Assembly: GCA_963702845.1 (NCBI GenBank)
Contig: OY969763.1
Span: forward strand, 2,240,001-2,304,000
Source of the DNA: an uncultured Verrucomicrobiae bacterium
Lineage (GTDB): Bacteria > Verrucomicrobiota > Verrucomicrobiia > Limisphaerales > Palsa-1400
Length of the DNA stretch: 64,000 bases
Reading direction: 5' to 3'
Shown piece after piece: positions 31,070 to 41,163 of this stretch. Under the pieces are notes generated by a model that was not told where the DNA came from, did not search any database, and was given only the letters and a program-made list of their open reading frames with translations. Every line of letters starts with the position of its first letter. Within the stretch, counting starts at the first letter, position 1. The position numbers were made by a program, and so were the translations under genes.

Positions 31070-31459
31070 ATGTCCGCTGTAAAACAAAACTCCGATGACG
31101 AACTCTCGGCCGCCGTCAAGACGTATGGCCTCAACGAATACACACGCCACATCTTCCTTTGCGCCGATCAAACCGAAGCCAAGTGCTGCTCGAAGGAACA
31201 AGGATTAGCGTCGTGGGACTATTTGAAACGCCGTTTAAAAGAACTGAATCTTTCCAGTTCCAAAAATGTCGTATTCCGCACCAAAGCAAATTGCCTGCGC
31301 GTTTGCGCCAAAGGACCGATAGCCGTCGTTTACCCCGAAGCCGTTTGGTATCACTCCTGCACGCCTGAAGTGCTCGAGCGCATCATTCAGGAGCACCTCA
31401 TTAACGGACAAATTGTCCAGGACTTCGCCTTCGCTAAAAACCCGAATTGCGCTCAGTGA
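31070..31459 (+). CDS. thioredoxin-like [2Fe-2S] ferredoxin
   Basis: HIFLC...CC, CLRVC..GP..VVYP..VWY. Confidence 0.9.
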   Translation: MSAVKQNSDDELSAAVKTYGLNEYTRHIFLCADQTEAKCCSKEQGLASWDYLKRRLKELNLSSSKNVVFRTKANCLRVCAKGPIAVVYPEAVWYHSCTPEVLERIIQEHLINGQIVQDFAFAKNPNCAQ

Positions 31460-32115
31460 TTGCGACTACGAATGTGCGATTGCGCGCCGGCTGGTTCGTT
31501 GAATGCATTTGGCGTGCTGTTCGTTACGACGCCCGCACCCAGTGGCGGCATTATCTGACCCGTGCGCGAATCCGTTACCACCGCTGCCCCCAGCGGCGGA
31601 ACAATTTTTCCAGTCTTCGGATCGGTAACTACCTCTGCGCCTAAAGGTGGCAAAATTTGTCCCGTTTTCGGATCGGTTACCACCGCCGCGCCTGGAGTCT
31701 GGACCACGTCCGATCGAGTGCCTCTGTTTCCGTCGACGCCGCGGCTATCGTTCACCGCAAATTGCACACCGTCGGGCAAAACGATCGTCACGTGCGCCGC
31801 CCGCGGAAACGCGAATGTCACATTGCCCCTCACTTGCGACGGATCGATCGTGACGTTCTCGTCGTCCCTAAATTCAGTCGGAAAGGCTGGATGCGCATCC
31901 GGCGTCAGCGCTGGATGCGGATTTCCGAAATTTGCCGGGTGCGGATTTCCGAAATCAGCAGGGTGCGGATCGCCAAAATTGGCAGGGTGCGCATTACCAA
32001 TCGCTGCTGGGTGCGGATTGCCTGAGCCCGCCGGAGCCAAAACTCGCGGTAAAACAAACGGCGTCGCCGCCGCCAACAAAGTCATCGTAAAAACCATTCG
32101 TCCGGATGTGTGCAT
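31453..32115 (-). CDS. secreted repeat-containing hypothetical protein
   Basis: Signal-like N-terminus; 8-aa (G[ND][PA]HPA[ND]F) and 17-aa ([17 protein letters not shown]) tandem repeats. Confidence 0.6.
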   Translation of the reverse strand: MHTSGRMVFTMTLLAAATPFVLPRVLAPAGSGNPHPAAIGNAHPANFGDPHPADFGNPHPANFGNPHPALTPDAHPAFPTEFRDDENVTIDPSQVRGNVTFAFPRAAHVTIVLPDGVQFAVNDSRGVDGNRGTRSDVVQTPGAAVVTDPKTGQILPPLGAEVVTDPKTGKIVPPLGAAVVTDSRTGQIMPPLGAGVVTNSTPNAFNEPAGAQSHIRSRNH

Positions 32116-32420
32116 TTAAAACCTCCGTCTGAAAGTCGCCCCTCACTTTGGCCCTGTCAATATAAGGCATTGGCTGAATTTGGACACGGTGAGGAGCATT
32201 GATTTGATTGCGACCAAACAGAGCCGCGCGCGTGAGAAGTGGTTTGGCAGGCATGACACCGATCGGAGAAAACCGCTTGTTCACGCGCACGGCTCTGTTT
32301 TTTGGAGCTTTCACTCTCTTGTCCTCTCATCCAAAAGCGCCAGCAATTTCATCTCGGAATGGCTCGTCGGTTTGGATCGCAAACCGGATGGAGTGAACCT
32401 GCTTGTCCTGAGTCCTGTAA

Positions 32421-32747
32421 TTATTTCTCGCGATACTCAGTCGCCTCCGCCAATGCCTCTACGGCGACGGCAGCGATGAGAGCGGTCAGCAATAGGCCGC
32501 ACAGCCCTATGGTTACGGCCAGCAGGCGCGTGAGCAGAAACTTGGGCGCGATGTCACCGTATCCAATGGTCAAGCCGGTAACGAATGCGAAATAGATCGA
32601 CTCATGGATGGACCAGCCTTCGCGCAGACCAACCACTAGGCCGAGCGCGACAATTAGAATGAGGATGGTTGACAGGATCGGCCACACTACGCCCAAGCCA
32701 CGCAATAGCCCCTTGAGGAATTTTCGTCTTAATGTGCGTTGGTCCAT
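32421..32747 (-). CDS. minimal 2-TM potassium channel (Ion_trans_2)
   Basis: YFAFVTGLTIGYGDIAP selectivity filter. Confidence 0.88.
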   Translation of the reverse strand: MDQRTLRRKFLKGLLRGLGVVWPILSTILILIVALGLVVGLREGWSIHESIYFAFVTGLTIGYGDIAPKFLLTRLLAVTIGLCGLLLTALIAAVAVEALAEATEYREK

Positions 32748-33062
32748 GCTGTCTCCCAATCTAGCACGTGAAGCCGTTTCTCGGCGGACTGTCTAATCAT
32801 TGATGCGCTGGAGTTTTCATCGGGGAGAATTTCGGATCAACGCAGAGGCGCAGAGATGGGAAGGCGCAAAGGAAGGATTGTTGAACCACCAAGGTGTGAA
32901 AAGTTTAAATTTCAGATTACAGACAGCGATACCGACCAGCAAAATTCTATGTCTCAAACAGTCTGACACTGCTGCGGACATGGAGCCGAACGTCGGCCTC
33001 GCATCGCGCACTCCGCCACGCTCCGCGCCGGATGGCGCGGAGCAAAATACGGGATGGGTTTT

Positions 33063-33815
33063 TTAGGGCGAAATGGTTTGGTATTGGGTGACGCCGTTGA
33101 CGAAGACGGGTCGGTAGTAGATGCCGTTGAATTGGTAGGCGACACCGCCATTGAAGGCGACTTGAACGGCGCCGGGCGGGGGTTCGGGGACGATGACGCC
33201 GAGGGGCGGCGGCACTAAAGCGAAGGTGCCGTCGGGTTGTTGTTGGTAGAAGGCACCGCCAGCGTAGTAGAAGACCTGGCCGTTGGGAGCGATGACTTCA
33301 AAGGAGCCTTCGGGCGGTTGCGGGAGGACGGCGCCTAAAGGTGGATAGACTTCTTCGTAGCCACCGGGCGCGGATTGATAGTAGATGCCGCCGTAATAGA
33401 AATACGGCAGGCCGCCGATATTGAACCTGAGATAACCGCCCGGCAGACGATCGAAACGGCGACCGCGCGCGAAATCGTTCCAGTAGTGATGAGTATGAAC
33501 ATCGATGTCGGCGTCGTGGTGAACGTAATAGTTTGGACGGCCGCCAGCAACGACGACGCCACGGTGTTCTTCATGGCGGACTTCGGGTGCGCGGACGATA
33601 TGGGTTTCTTCATGGCGAAGGCTGCCGTGATTGGATCGTTCGACGGTGCCAGCATGTGGCGCGACGGTGGGACCGCGTGGAGCAAAGCCGCTAGCGTGTC
33701 CGCCACCGACGTTTACCGGATGTCCGCCGCCACCACGTCCATCACGTTGGGCGAACGACAGAAACGGCATTGTTATCGCACAAAGACCAACGAGAAAAAG
33801 TGTGCGCGTTTTCAT
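33063..33815 (-). CDS. secreted DUF6515-like protein
   Basis: Start MKTRTL; YFYYGGIYY...YEEV.PP.G repeats. Confidence 0.7.
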   Translation of the reverse strand: MKTRTLFLVGLCAITMPFLSFAQRDGRGGGGHPVNVGGGHASGFAPRGPTVAPHAGTVERSNHGSLRHEETHIVRAPEVRHEEHRGVVVAGGRPNYYVHHDADIDVHTHHYWNDFARGRRFDRLPGGYLRFNIGGLPYFYYGGIYYQSAPGGYEEVYPPLGAVLPQPPEGSFEVIAPNGQVFYYAGGAFYQQQPDGTFALVPPPLGVIVPEPPPGAVQVAFNGGVAYQFNGIYYRPVFVNGVTQYQTISP

Positions 33816-34627
33816 TTGGCCTCCGTTTGATGAGGTTGGACTGAGCTGCGCACTTCTTTCACGGGGATTTTTGACGCACCGGGCGGAGGATCGAATTTGA
33901 AGACGAAGTCCGGCAAGGGCGTGATGAAATCCCAGTTGTTGAAGATGGCGGTGAACTCGGGTGTGCCGGGTTCGTCTTTGTAGGTGATGAGGAATTTTTT
34001 CGGGACAGGACGCGCGCCGGATTCGATCCAGACTTGCCAATCGATGTTGCCCTGGGTGAAGGCGAGGTGTTCACACGGGGTACCAAGAACGGTTGTGGGG
34101 CCGATGTCGGTGCCGGATTGGACGCTGCGCGAAAGGTCGTGATAGGGGTCGCTGCGGAGGAAATCTTCGAGCGGCATGTTGATGCCGAAGCGTTCCACGG
34201 CGGTGTCCATGGCCTGATCGAGCGAACCGGAAACGGGAACGGTGCCGTAGAAGTTTTGGACGCGATTCAGCAGGGTAATGTTGTGACCGTCATAGGTGAG
34301 CTGGCGATTGCGGCGGGTCGATTGGACGTCGATACGCAATCGGTCTGGACGACGGACCTGGAATGCAAGGGTGCGCGACGCCTGGACTTGTTGACCGGAG
34401 GAGAGTTGAACGTCTTGCCAGATATCGGCCTTAAACGAGAAAGTTTTTGCGTGCTGAAGGTAGTCGGCCATCCGGTGCAACCAATCGTCGGCGCGGGGAT
34501 CGATGGTGCGGTCGTCATTTGCGGCCAAGGCGGAGGATCCAACGAGTGCGATGGCCGTGAACAGACAGAGCCATTGGCGGACCGGAGGGATTTTTCGAAG
34601 GGATGACGTTGATAAGTTCATAAGCAT
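33812..34627 (-). CDS. DUF2092 periplasmic protein
   Basis: VRRPDRLR, YDG, CEHLAF.Q..IDWQVWI..G..P.P. Confidence 0.85.
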   Translation of the reverse strand: MLMNLSTSSLRKIPPVRQWLCLFTAIALVGSSALAANDDRTIDPRADDWLHRMADYLQHAKTFSFKADIWQDVQLSSGQQVQASRTLAFQVRRPDRLRIDVQSTRRNRQLTYDGHNITLLNRVQNFYGTVPVSGSLDQAMDTAVERFGINMPLEDFLRSDPYHDLSRSVQSGTDIGPTTVLGTPCEHLAFTQGNIDWQVWIESGARPVPKKFLITYKDEPGTPEFTAIFNNWDFITPLPDFVFKFDPPPGASKIPVKEVRSSVQPHQTEAK

Positions 34628-34749
34628 ATTGAATCAAGGAGCCGATTGAGCTAGTTCGCGACACGCCTCTGCGCCGCCTTAGGCAGAGTTAGTTTTCTGA
34701 ACACGGCAAAAACCGTAAAACTCGGCGACGCTGAACGGGATCCCGCGAC

Positions 34750-34929
34750 TTAAGCCGCGAGTTCTTGTTCGTCTGCGGCGACCAATTGCCGGCTCTTAAA
34801 ACTTGAGCCGGTGTCGGATACTGCTGTCACATGGGGCGACGGGTTAACTTCCTCCTGCTCACTGCCCATTTCGACGCGGGCCAATTCCAACCACTTCACG
34901 AACCACTCCTCGGAACTCCATTGACTCAT
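34750..34929 (-). CDS. small hypothetical protein (59 aa)
   Basis: Hand-translated MSQWSSEEWFVKWLELARVEM...QELAA. Confidence 0.35.
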   Translation of the reverse strand: MSQWSSEEWFVKWLELARVEMGSEQEEVNPSPHVTAVSDTGSSFKSRQLVAADEQELAA

Positions 34930-35060
34930 GGTTTAATGTGCCCCGTAGTGGCGAGACGTTCTACCCGAGTCGGTGTGTGGGCGATTCGGCAGGGTTAAAA
35001 CACAATTCACCCTGACGCGGCAATGCGAGTGTTGGGCGGGAGTCAAGGGAGAGGAACTGA

Positions 35061-35835
35061 AAAACTTCAAATGCCAAACTTCAGAGAAGCTCTAAACTTC
35101 AAAATTCAATCTTCGGGTCGGGAAAAGGCGCTCGCGGAGCGAATCGCCCTACCAATGGATTGAAACCACTGGATTCGCATTGACCACGAGGGCGCTTTTC
35201 TTACTCTCTCGCGCAATGGAAGCGCCTGAAGTCCCGTTGGAACAATCTCAAGAGCATATTAATGAACATGCCCACCATTCGAAGGTGAGCTGGATTCTCG
35301 GTGTGGCGCTGACGTCGGCTTTGCTGGCGGCGTTTGCGGCGGTGGCGTCGCTCATGGCCGGCGGGCATGCAAATGAAGCGATGATGGAACAGATGCAGTC
35401 GTCGGATCAATGGGCGTATTACCAGGCCAAAGGTATTAAGGCGGGGGTGCTGGCGGCGAAGGTTGATTTGTTGAAGGCTTTAGGGAAACCGGTCAGTGCG
35501 GCGGATGAAGAGAAGCAGGTGGAATATAAGAAGGAACAAAAAGAGATTCAGGAGATTGCGGAGCACAAGACGAAGGAGTCGAAGGGGCACTTGCACGTGC
35601 ATGAGATTCTGGCGCGGTCGGTGACGATGTTCCAGGTGGCGATCGCGGTTTCGGCGATTTCGGTGCTGACAAAAAGACAGCGGTTTTGGTATGTGGGAAT
35701 TGGGTTTGGAGTGGTGGGAGTGGCGTGTTTTGTGCAGGGACTTTTGGTGCGATAGCGGAAACCCAAACTTCAAATGCCAAACTTCAAAGAAGATTCAAAT
35801 CTCAAGCGGCGCTCGTGGAGCGAGTGCCCTGCCAG
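35061..35835. repeat. intergenic repeats flanking the DUF4337 gene
   Basis: aaacttcaaatgccaaacttca plus ggcgctcg[c/t]ggagcga.t.gccct.cc present both upstream (~35062-35153) and downstream (~35765-35833). Confidence 0.7.
35216..35755 (+). CDS. DUF4337 family membrane protein
   Basis: SDQWAYYQAKGIK, FQVAIA.SAIS.LTK. Confidence 0.85.
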   Translation: MEAPEVPLEQSQEHINEHAHHSKVSWILGVALTSALLAAFAAVASLMAGGHANEAMMEQMQSSDQWAYYQAKGIKAGVLAAKVDLLKALGKPVSAADEEKQVEYKKEQKEIQEIAEHKTKESKGHLHVHEILARSVTMFQVAIAVSAISVLTKRQRFWYVGIGFGVVGVACFVQGLLVR

Positions 35836-35889
35836 TGGTTTTTGTCTCTTGAATACTAGAAACGACTCACCTACAATTTTTTTGCCTTG

Positions 35890-36852
35890 ATGAGACGTTT
35901 TCCAATTCTTGCACTTATTCTCTTAGCTACGGCGGCTCGCGCCGAATTGCTCGACGGTATTAATGTGATCGTGAATGAGTCGATCGTCACTTACGACGAG
36001 GTCGAGCGGCAGCTGGAACCGAACGCGCGCACGCTGGCGATGACGTATCCAAATGATATCGCGGCGTTTCAATCGGCGATGGCGAGCAACCGGATCGATA
36101 TCGTGCGTGGTCGCGTTGAAGGCAAGCTGATCATGGATGAGTTCAAGTCCAAGATGAACGGTGGGGATTTGCCGGAAAGCATTTTGGAAGACGAAATCAA
36201 AACTGAGTTACACAAGAATTTTAACGGTGACCGCGCTTCGATGACGAAGACATTGCGCGAGAAAGGGATTACTACGGAAATGTACCGCGAGCAGATTCGC
36301 GAGCGCATTATCGTCGAGTACATGCAGCAGAAGCAGATTTCGAACGATAAGATTATTATTTCGCCAGCGAAGATTGAATCGTTTTACGCGAGTCACGCAG
36401 AGGTGTTCAAGGTAGGTGACCAGGTGAAGTTGCGCATGATTACGTTGACGAAACCGGCGGATGGGGCCGAGGGAGCGCGCAAAATTGCCGCGGAAATTAT
36501 TCGCAATGTGGATGGCGGCGCGCCATTCGCGGAGATGGCTTCGATTTATTCGGCTGGCCCGGAACGAACCAAAGGCGGCGACCGCGGTTGGGTGGGTCGC
36601 GACAGCGGAATGCACGCGGATCTGGTGAAGGCGATGTTTTTACTGAAGGCAGGCCAACATAGCGGAATTGTTGAGTTGCCAGAATCGGTGCACATTTTGT
36701 ATGTAGAAGAAGCCAAACCCGAGCACATCAAGCCGCTTGCAGATGTTCGTGACGAGATTCAGCAGAAGCTTCGAATCGACGAACGGCGCCGGCTTTACGA
36801 TCGCTGGGTGGCGCGATTGAAGAACAAAGCGTTTGTTCGATATGTCGATTAA
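35890..36852 (+). CDS. surA: SurA-like peptidyl-prolyl isomerase/chaperone
   Basis: IVNESIVT, F.EMA..YS, KGGDRGW parvulin motif; upstream of pdxA. Confidence 0.8.
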   Translation: MRRFPILALILLATAARAELLDGINVIVNESIVTYDEVERQLEPNARTLAMTYPNDIAAFQSAMASNRIDIVRGRVEGKLIMDEFKSKMNGGDLPESILEDEIKTELHKNFNGDRASMTKTLREKGITTEMYREQIRERIIVEYMQQKQISNDKIIISPAKIESFYASHAEVFKVGDQVKLRMITLTKPADGAEGARKIAAEIIRNVDGGAPFAEMASIYSAGPERTKGGDRGWVGRDSGMHADLVKAMFLLKAGQHSGIVELPESVHILYVEEAKPEHIKPLADVRDEIQQKLRIDERRRLYDRWVARLKNKAFVRYVD

Positions 36853-36858
36853 CCGGCT

Positions 36859-37854
36859 ATGACAGGTTGGATTGCCATCGCTCTTGGCGACGTAACCGGC
36901 ATCGGGCCGGAAGTAACACTGAAGGCGCTCGCTGCCGAAGCGAACGTCGACGAAACCAAATATCTCATCATCGGTGACCCCGGCGTGCTCGTGCGCACGA
37001 ATGAGAAGTTTGGGATTAACCTGCCGCTGACTCGCTATTCGGATGGGCCGAAGGGCCAGTTTTTCGTCCACGATCCCCTGCCCGATGAGTTGCCAAAAGG
37101 ACTTTCGGCGGGTTCCCCTGCGGCGGCGCGCGCGGCTTTGGCGTGGCTGACGGATGGCGCGCAACGGTGTTTGAAGCAGGAAATGGATGCGCTGGTGACG
37201 GCACCGGTCAACAAGGAAGCGATTTTGCGGAGCGGCCAGCCATTCATTGGCCAGACGGAATTTCTCAGTTCGCTCGCGGGCACGGAAAAGACTGCAATGA
37301 TGTTGCTCGGCGATGATGGCAGCGGTAGATGGTTGCGGGTGACTCTCGTGACGACACATGTTCCGATGAAGCTGTTGGCCACTCAGATTCGCGCGGACAA
37401 GATTGAACTGGCGATTCGACTGGCGAACCAGGCGTGTGCGGATTTGAAGTTGTCGCGCTGTCGCATCGGTGTTTGCGGATTGAACCCGCACGCTGGTGAA
37501 GGCGGCGAACTTGGCCGCGAAGAAATCGATATTATCGAACCGGTGGTGAAAGCGGCGCGCCAGCAAGGCATCAACGTGGCGGGACCGTTTGCGGCTGATA
37601 CTTTATTTCATTATGCATATCGCGGTGACTACGAGGTGGTCGTCGCGATGTATCACGATCAGGGGCTTGCGCCGTTGAAGATGGTGGCGTTTGACAATGG
37701 CGTGAACTGGACATTGGGGCTTCCCTTTATTCGGACGTCGCCCGATCACGGGACGGCTTATGATATTGCCGGGCATGGGAAGGCGAATCCTTCCAGCATG
37801 AGGTCGGCGATTCGGTTGGCTAAGCAGTTGGCGGCGAATCGCGGGAAGAAGTAG
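36859..37854 (+). CDS. pdxA: 4-hydroxythreonine-4-phosphate dehydrogenase
   Basis: GD..GIGPE, TAPVNKE, GLNPHAGE, MYHDQGL, RTSPDHGTA. Confidence 0.96.
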   Translation: MTGWIAIALGDVTGIGPEVTLKALAAEANVDETKYLIIGDPGVLVRTNEKFGINLPLTRYSDGPKGQFFVHDPLPDELPKGLSAGSPAAARAALAWLTDGAQRCLKQEMDALVTAPVNKEAILRSGQPFIGQTEFLSSLAGTEKTAMMLLGDDGSGRWLRVTLVTTHVPMKLLATQIRADKIELAIRLANQACADLKLSRCRIGVCGLNPHAGEGGELGREEIDIIEPVVKAARQQGINVAGPFAADTLFHYAYRGDYEVVVAMYHDQGLAPLKMVAFDNGVNWTLGLPFIRTSPDHGTAYDIAGHGKANPSSMRSAIRLAKQLAANRGKK

Positions 37855-37925
37855 GACTTCAAACCAGGGTGCCTCCTCGCCCCGGCCCTCTCCTCCCGAG
37901 GATGAGAGGGAGAAAACTCTGAACC

Positions 37926-38081
37926 TTAGTGGCTGAGGATGCCGATCTTAGTGACGGCGGCGATGAAACCGAGCGCGCCAATGATCAAAAGCCAGAAGTT
38001 GCCATGGGTGGCCATGACGACGCCGGTGACCAAAATAGCTCCCATAATTACCCATGCCAGAAGTGCTAAGAAAACGTTCAT
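37926..38081 (-). CDS. small 2-TM membrane protein (51 aa)
   Basis: Hand-translated MNVFLALLAWVIMGAILVTGVVMATHGNFWLLIIGALGFIAAVTKIGILSH. Confidence 0.6.
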   Translation of the reverse strand: MNVFLALLAWVIMGAILVTGVVMATHGNFWLLIIGALGFIAAVTKIGILSH

Positions 38082-38114
38082 TCGCGGGCTAATTTAGCTA
38101 GTTGCGTCGTTCAA

Positions 38115-40037
38115 TCAAGTTTTCTTCGCCTGTTCAGTTTTCTTCCCGAATTGCGGGTCGACCTTCAGCGACATGGCGATGATGAATCCGGGGATTGCGG
38201 ACATCAGCACCCAGGTGAAGAAGTGTTTGTAGCCGATCAAATCCGCCACATACCCACTCCACATGCCGGGCAGCATCATGCCGAGGGCCATGAAGCCGGT
38301 GCAGATGGCGTAGTGCGCGGTCTTGTGAGGGCCGTCGGCAAAATAGAGTAGATACAACATGAATGCGGTGAAGCCGAGGCCGTAACCAAATTGTTCGACC
38401 GCTACAGAACCGCAAATGAGCAGGAAGTTGTCGGGCTGCGTGTAGGAGAGAAATAGGAATACCAGTTTCGGCAGGTACATGGCGCCGACCATGAAGGGCA
38501 GCATTCGCTTGAGACCATGTTTGGCGGCGAGGAAACCGCCGAGCAATCCACCGCCGGTCAGCGCAAGGATGCCAAAGGTGCCATAGGCAAGGCCGAGTTG
38601 GCTTGTGGAGAGGCCGATGCCGCCGTTTTCACGGCTGTCGAGTAGGAATGGCGAGAGGACTTTGCTGAGCTGCGCTTCATCGAAGCGATACAAGAGAATG
38701 AACGCCATCGCCATGAGGATCCCGGGCTTTTTAAAGAAGGAGCCGAGCGTGGCAAAGAATTCGCCAGTGAGACTGCGGTTGGTCACGACTGGACCATCGT
38801 TGGCCGGGCGCGGCAGAACAAAGCTGTGCCAGCAGCTAAAGGCGAGAAATAAACCGGCGACGACGAACAACGTGATAGACCATGCAACAGGAATGTTTCC
38901 GGAACTGGCGACGAAGGTGACTTCCGTGTCGCTCTTCAGTTTCGGATCGAGTTGGATGACGGCCATGGCGGGTTGATTCCAATTTTTGGAATTGAAGACG
39001 AAACGTTCTCCTTCGATGAGGCGGAAGCCTTTATCGCTCTTTCCGAGACCGATGTATTCGATGCCGCTAAGTTTGCGGCCGAGATTTACTGCGACTTCGT
39101 GGCCGGGATCTTTTGAAAGCGAGAGGTAGATAGCGGCGACGTTACCAGCGACGGGTGCGGCGGCTGATTTGGGTGGTTTCGGAAAATGGCCTTTCAGGAA
39201 ATTGCCGAGCGGTTCGGAAACGGATGTGGTCCACCAAGTCTTGCCCATATCTGCTTTTGGTGCGGGCGCGGAATCGTCGACGATAAAACCATTCGAGCGG
39301 TTCCACAACTTGGCGCGGTCGATGACGATTTTGGCTTCCTCGGCGCTGCGATCGCTGGTTTGGACCTGGACTGTGGCGGGCTGAACCATCAGGTGGAGAT
39401 CGCCGGAATCGGATTGTGTTCGAATGGCAGAGGCTTCGAGCAGTTGCTGTTGCACGGCGGAAGTTTTGGCGGTGACGGGGACTTCGAGTGGGGCCAATCC
39501 ATTTCTACTTTCGAGCACGCCCGCGAGGACGACGAGGAGGCCGCTGCCGACGATCATGGCGGTGCGATAAAATGTGCTGCGCAATCCGACCCACCATGCT
39601 TGTTCGTGCTTGGACATGCTGAGCATGTAGAAGCCGTCGGCGGCGATGTCGTGCGTGGCGGAGGCAAAAGCCATGATCCAGAAAAGGAAGAGCGACAGTT
39701 TGAAAAAGCCGCTGCTCGGGACGGAAAACGCGACTGAGGCCAAGCCGAGCGAAACGAGAAATTGCATTGCGACGACCCAGAATCGTTTCGTGCGGGTGAT
39801 GTCGACGAAAGGACTCCACAGCGGTTTGATGACCCAAGGCAAATAGAGCCAGCTTGTGTAGAGCGCGATGTCAGTATTGGAGATGCCGAGGCGTTTGTAC
39901 ATCACGACGGACATGGTCATGACGATGACGTACGGGATGCCTTGCGAGAAATAGAGGCTGGGCACCCAAAGCCATGGGTTGCGCTGTTTGCTGGTACCTT
40001 CAATGGCGGAAACCGGCTTGGATTGGGTTGTTTCCAT
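38115..40037 (-). CDS. AmpG-like MFS muropeptide transporter with large loop insertion
   Basis: WVPSLYFSQGIP, LPWVIKPLWSP, SATHDIAADGFY; adjacent to nagZ. Confidence 0.85.
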   Translation of the reverse strand: METTQSKPVSAIEGTSKQRNPWLWVPSLYFSQGIPYVIVMTMSVVMYKRLGISNTDIALYTSWLYLPWVIKPLWSPFVDITRTKRFWVVAMQFLVSLGLASVAFSVPSSGFFKLSLFLFWIMAFASATHDIAADGFYMLSMSKHEQAWWVGLRSTFYRTAMIVGSGLLVVLAGVLESRNGLAPLEVPVTAKTSAVQQQLLEASAIRTQSDSGDLHLMVQPATVQVQTSDRSAEEAKIVIDRAKLWNRSNGFIVDDSAPAPKADMGKTWWTTSVSEPLGNFLKGHFPKPPKSAAAPVAGNVAAIYLSLSKDPGHEVAVNLGRKLSGIEYIGLGKSDKGFRLIEGERFVFNSKNWNQPAMAVIQLDPKLKSDTEVTFVASSGNIPVAWSITLFVVAGLFLAFSCWHSFVLPRPANDGPVVTNRSLTGEFFATLGSFFKKPGILMAMAFILLYRFDEAQLSKVLSPFLLDSRENGGIGLSTSQLGLAYGTFGILALTGGGLLGGFLAAKHGLKRMLPFMVGAMYLPKLVFLFLSYTQPDNFLLICGSVAVEQFGYGLGFTAFMLYLLYFADGPHKTAHYAICTGFMALGMMLPGMWSGYVADLIGYKHFFTWVLMSAIPGFIIAMSLKVDPQFGKKTEQAKKT

Positions 40038-40038
40038 A

Positions 40039-41094
40039 TTATTTGGATGCGGATAGCTTTTGTTTCAAGGTCATAACGCGGCGATAGGATTCGTCGATGC
40101 GCGATTCGGGGATTTTTCCAGAACTCACCAAATCAAAAATAATATCCGATGCTTTTTCACCGATATTGACGGTGAAGTTCATGTTGTTGCCGAAACAAAG
40201 CAGATCAATGCCGGCTTCGACGGCGTATTGAATCGCGGTTTCGAGACCATAATGGCCGGAAATGGCTTTCATTTCCATGTCGTCGCTCAAGATAACGCCG
40301 TTGAATCCGAGGCGTTGGCGGAGGATTCCATTGAGGACGGCGCGTGACAACGTCGCGGGGCGTTCGGGATCCAGATTGGCGTTGAACACGTGCGCGGTCA
40401 TGATGGTGTCGCAGACACCGGCATCGATCATGCGCTTAAACGGGATGAGTTCTTTGTCGGTCCAGTTCTTCGTCACGTTAACCAGGCCGAGATGCGTATC
40501 GCCTTGAGCGCTACCGTGTCCGGGAAAATGTTTGGCACAGGTCAGAATGCCGTGCTTGTGGTGCGCGCGGGTAAATTCAATCGCATGGCGCGCGACTTTT
40601 TCGGGGTCACTGGAAAAGCTGCGCTTTTTGCCCTTGATGATCGGGTTGTCTGGGTTGGCGTCGAGATCGACAACGGGCGCGAGGTTTAAATTGATTTCGG
40701 CTTTCGCCAATGTGTTGGCGATACCTTCGGCGTGCACGAATGTATTCGCAAGATCGTCCATGGCCCCGAGTTCTTCATGCGACACACTTTCCGGGAAACC
40801 GTAAGTGGACTTGAGACGATTGACGCGACCGCCTTCCTGGTCGATGGAAATAAAGATGGGCGTTTTGGCGCGGGCGTGCAACGAGGCGCAGAGCGCTTTT
40901 AATTGTTCAGGTGATTTGACGTTGCGACCGGGTAAAGTTTTGTCAGCCATTTCCTGGTCGAACAAGACGACGCCGCCGATGTTGCGTTCACGCAAATCGT
41001 GCGAGATGGCGTCCACGTCAGAAACTTCATAACCGCGAAAACCGATCAGCAACATCTGTCCGATCTTGTCGCGAAGCGTCGGGGTTCGATTCAT
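40039..41094 (-). CDS. nagZ: GH3 beta-N-acetylhexosaminidase
   Basis: IDQEGGRV, KHFPGHGS..DTH, SDDMEM. Confidence 0.9.
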   Translation of the reverse strand: MNRTPTLRDKIGQMLLIGFRGYEVSDVDAISHDLRERNIGGVVLFDQEMADKTLPGRNVKSPEQLKALCASLHARAKTPIFISIDQEGGRVNRLKSTYGFPESVSHEELGAMDDLANTFVHAEGIANTLAKAEINLNLAPVVDLDANPDNPIIKGKKRSFSSDPEKVARHAIEFTRAHHKHGILTCAKHFPGHGSAQGDTHLGLVNVTKNWTDKELIPFKRMIDAGVCDTIMTAHVFNANLDPERPATLSRAVLNGILRQRLGFNGVILSDDMEMKAISGHYGLETAIQYAVEAGIDLLCFGNNMNFTVNIGEKASDIIFDLVSSGKIPESRIDESYRRVMTLKQKLSASK

Positions 41095-41163
41095 CGGGCG
41101 CTTACCTTAAATCCGAAGGCCCCCTGCACACAACGCAAACCTGCGCTATTGTTAACAAGGGTT

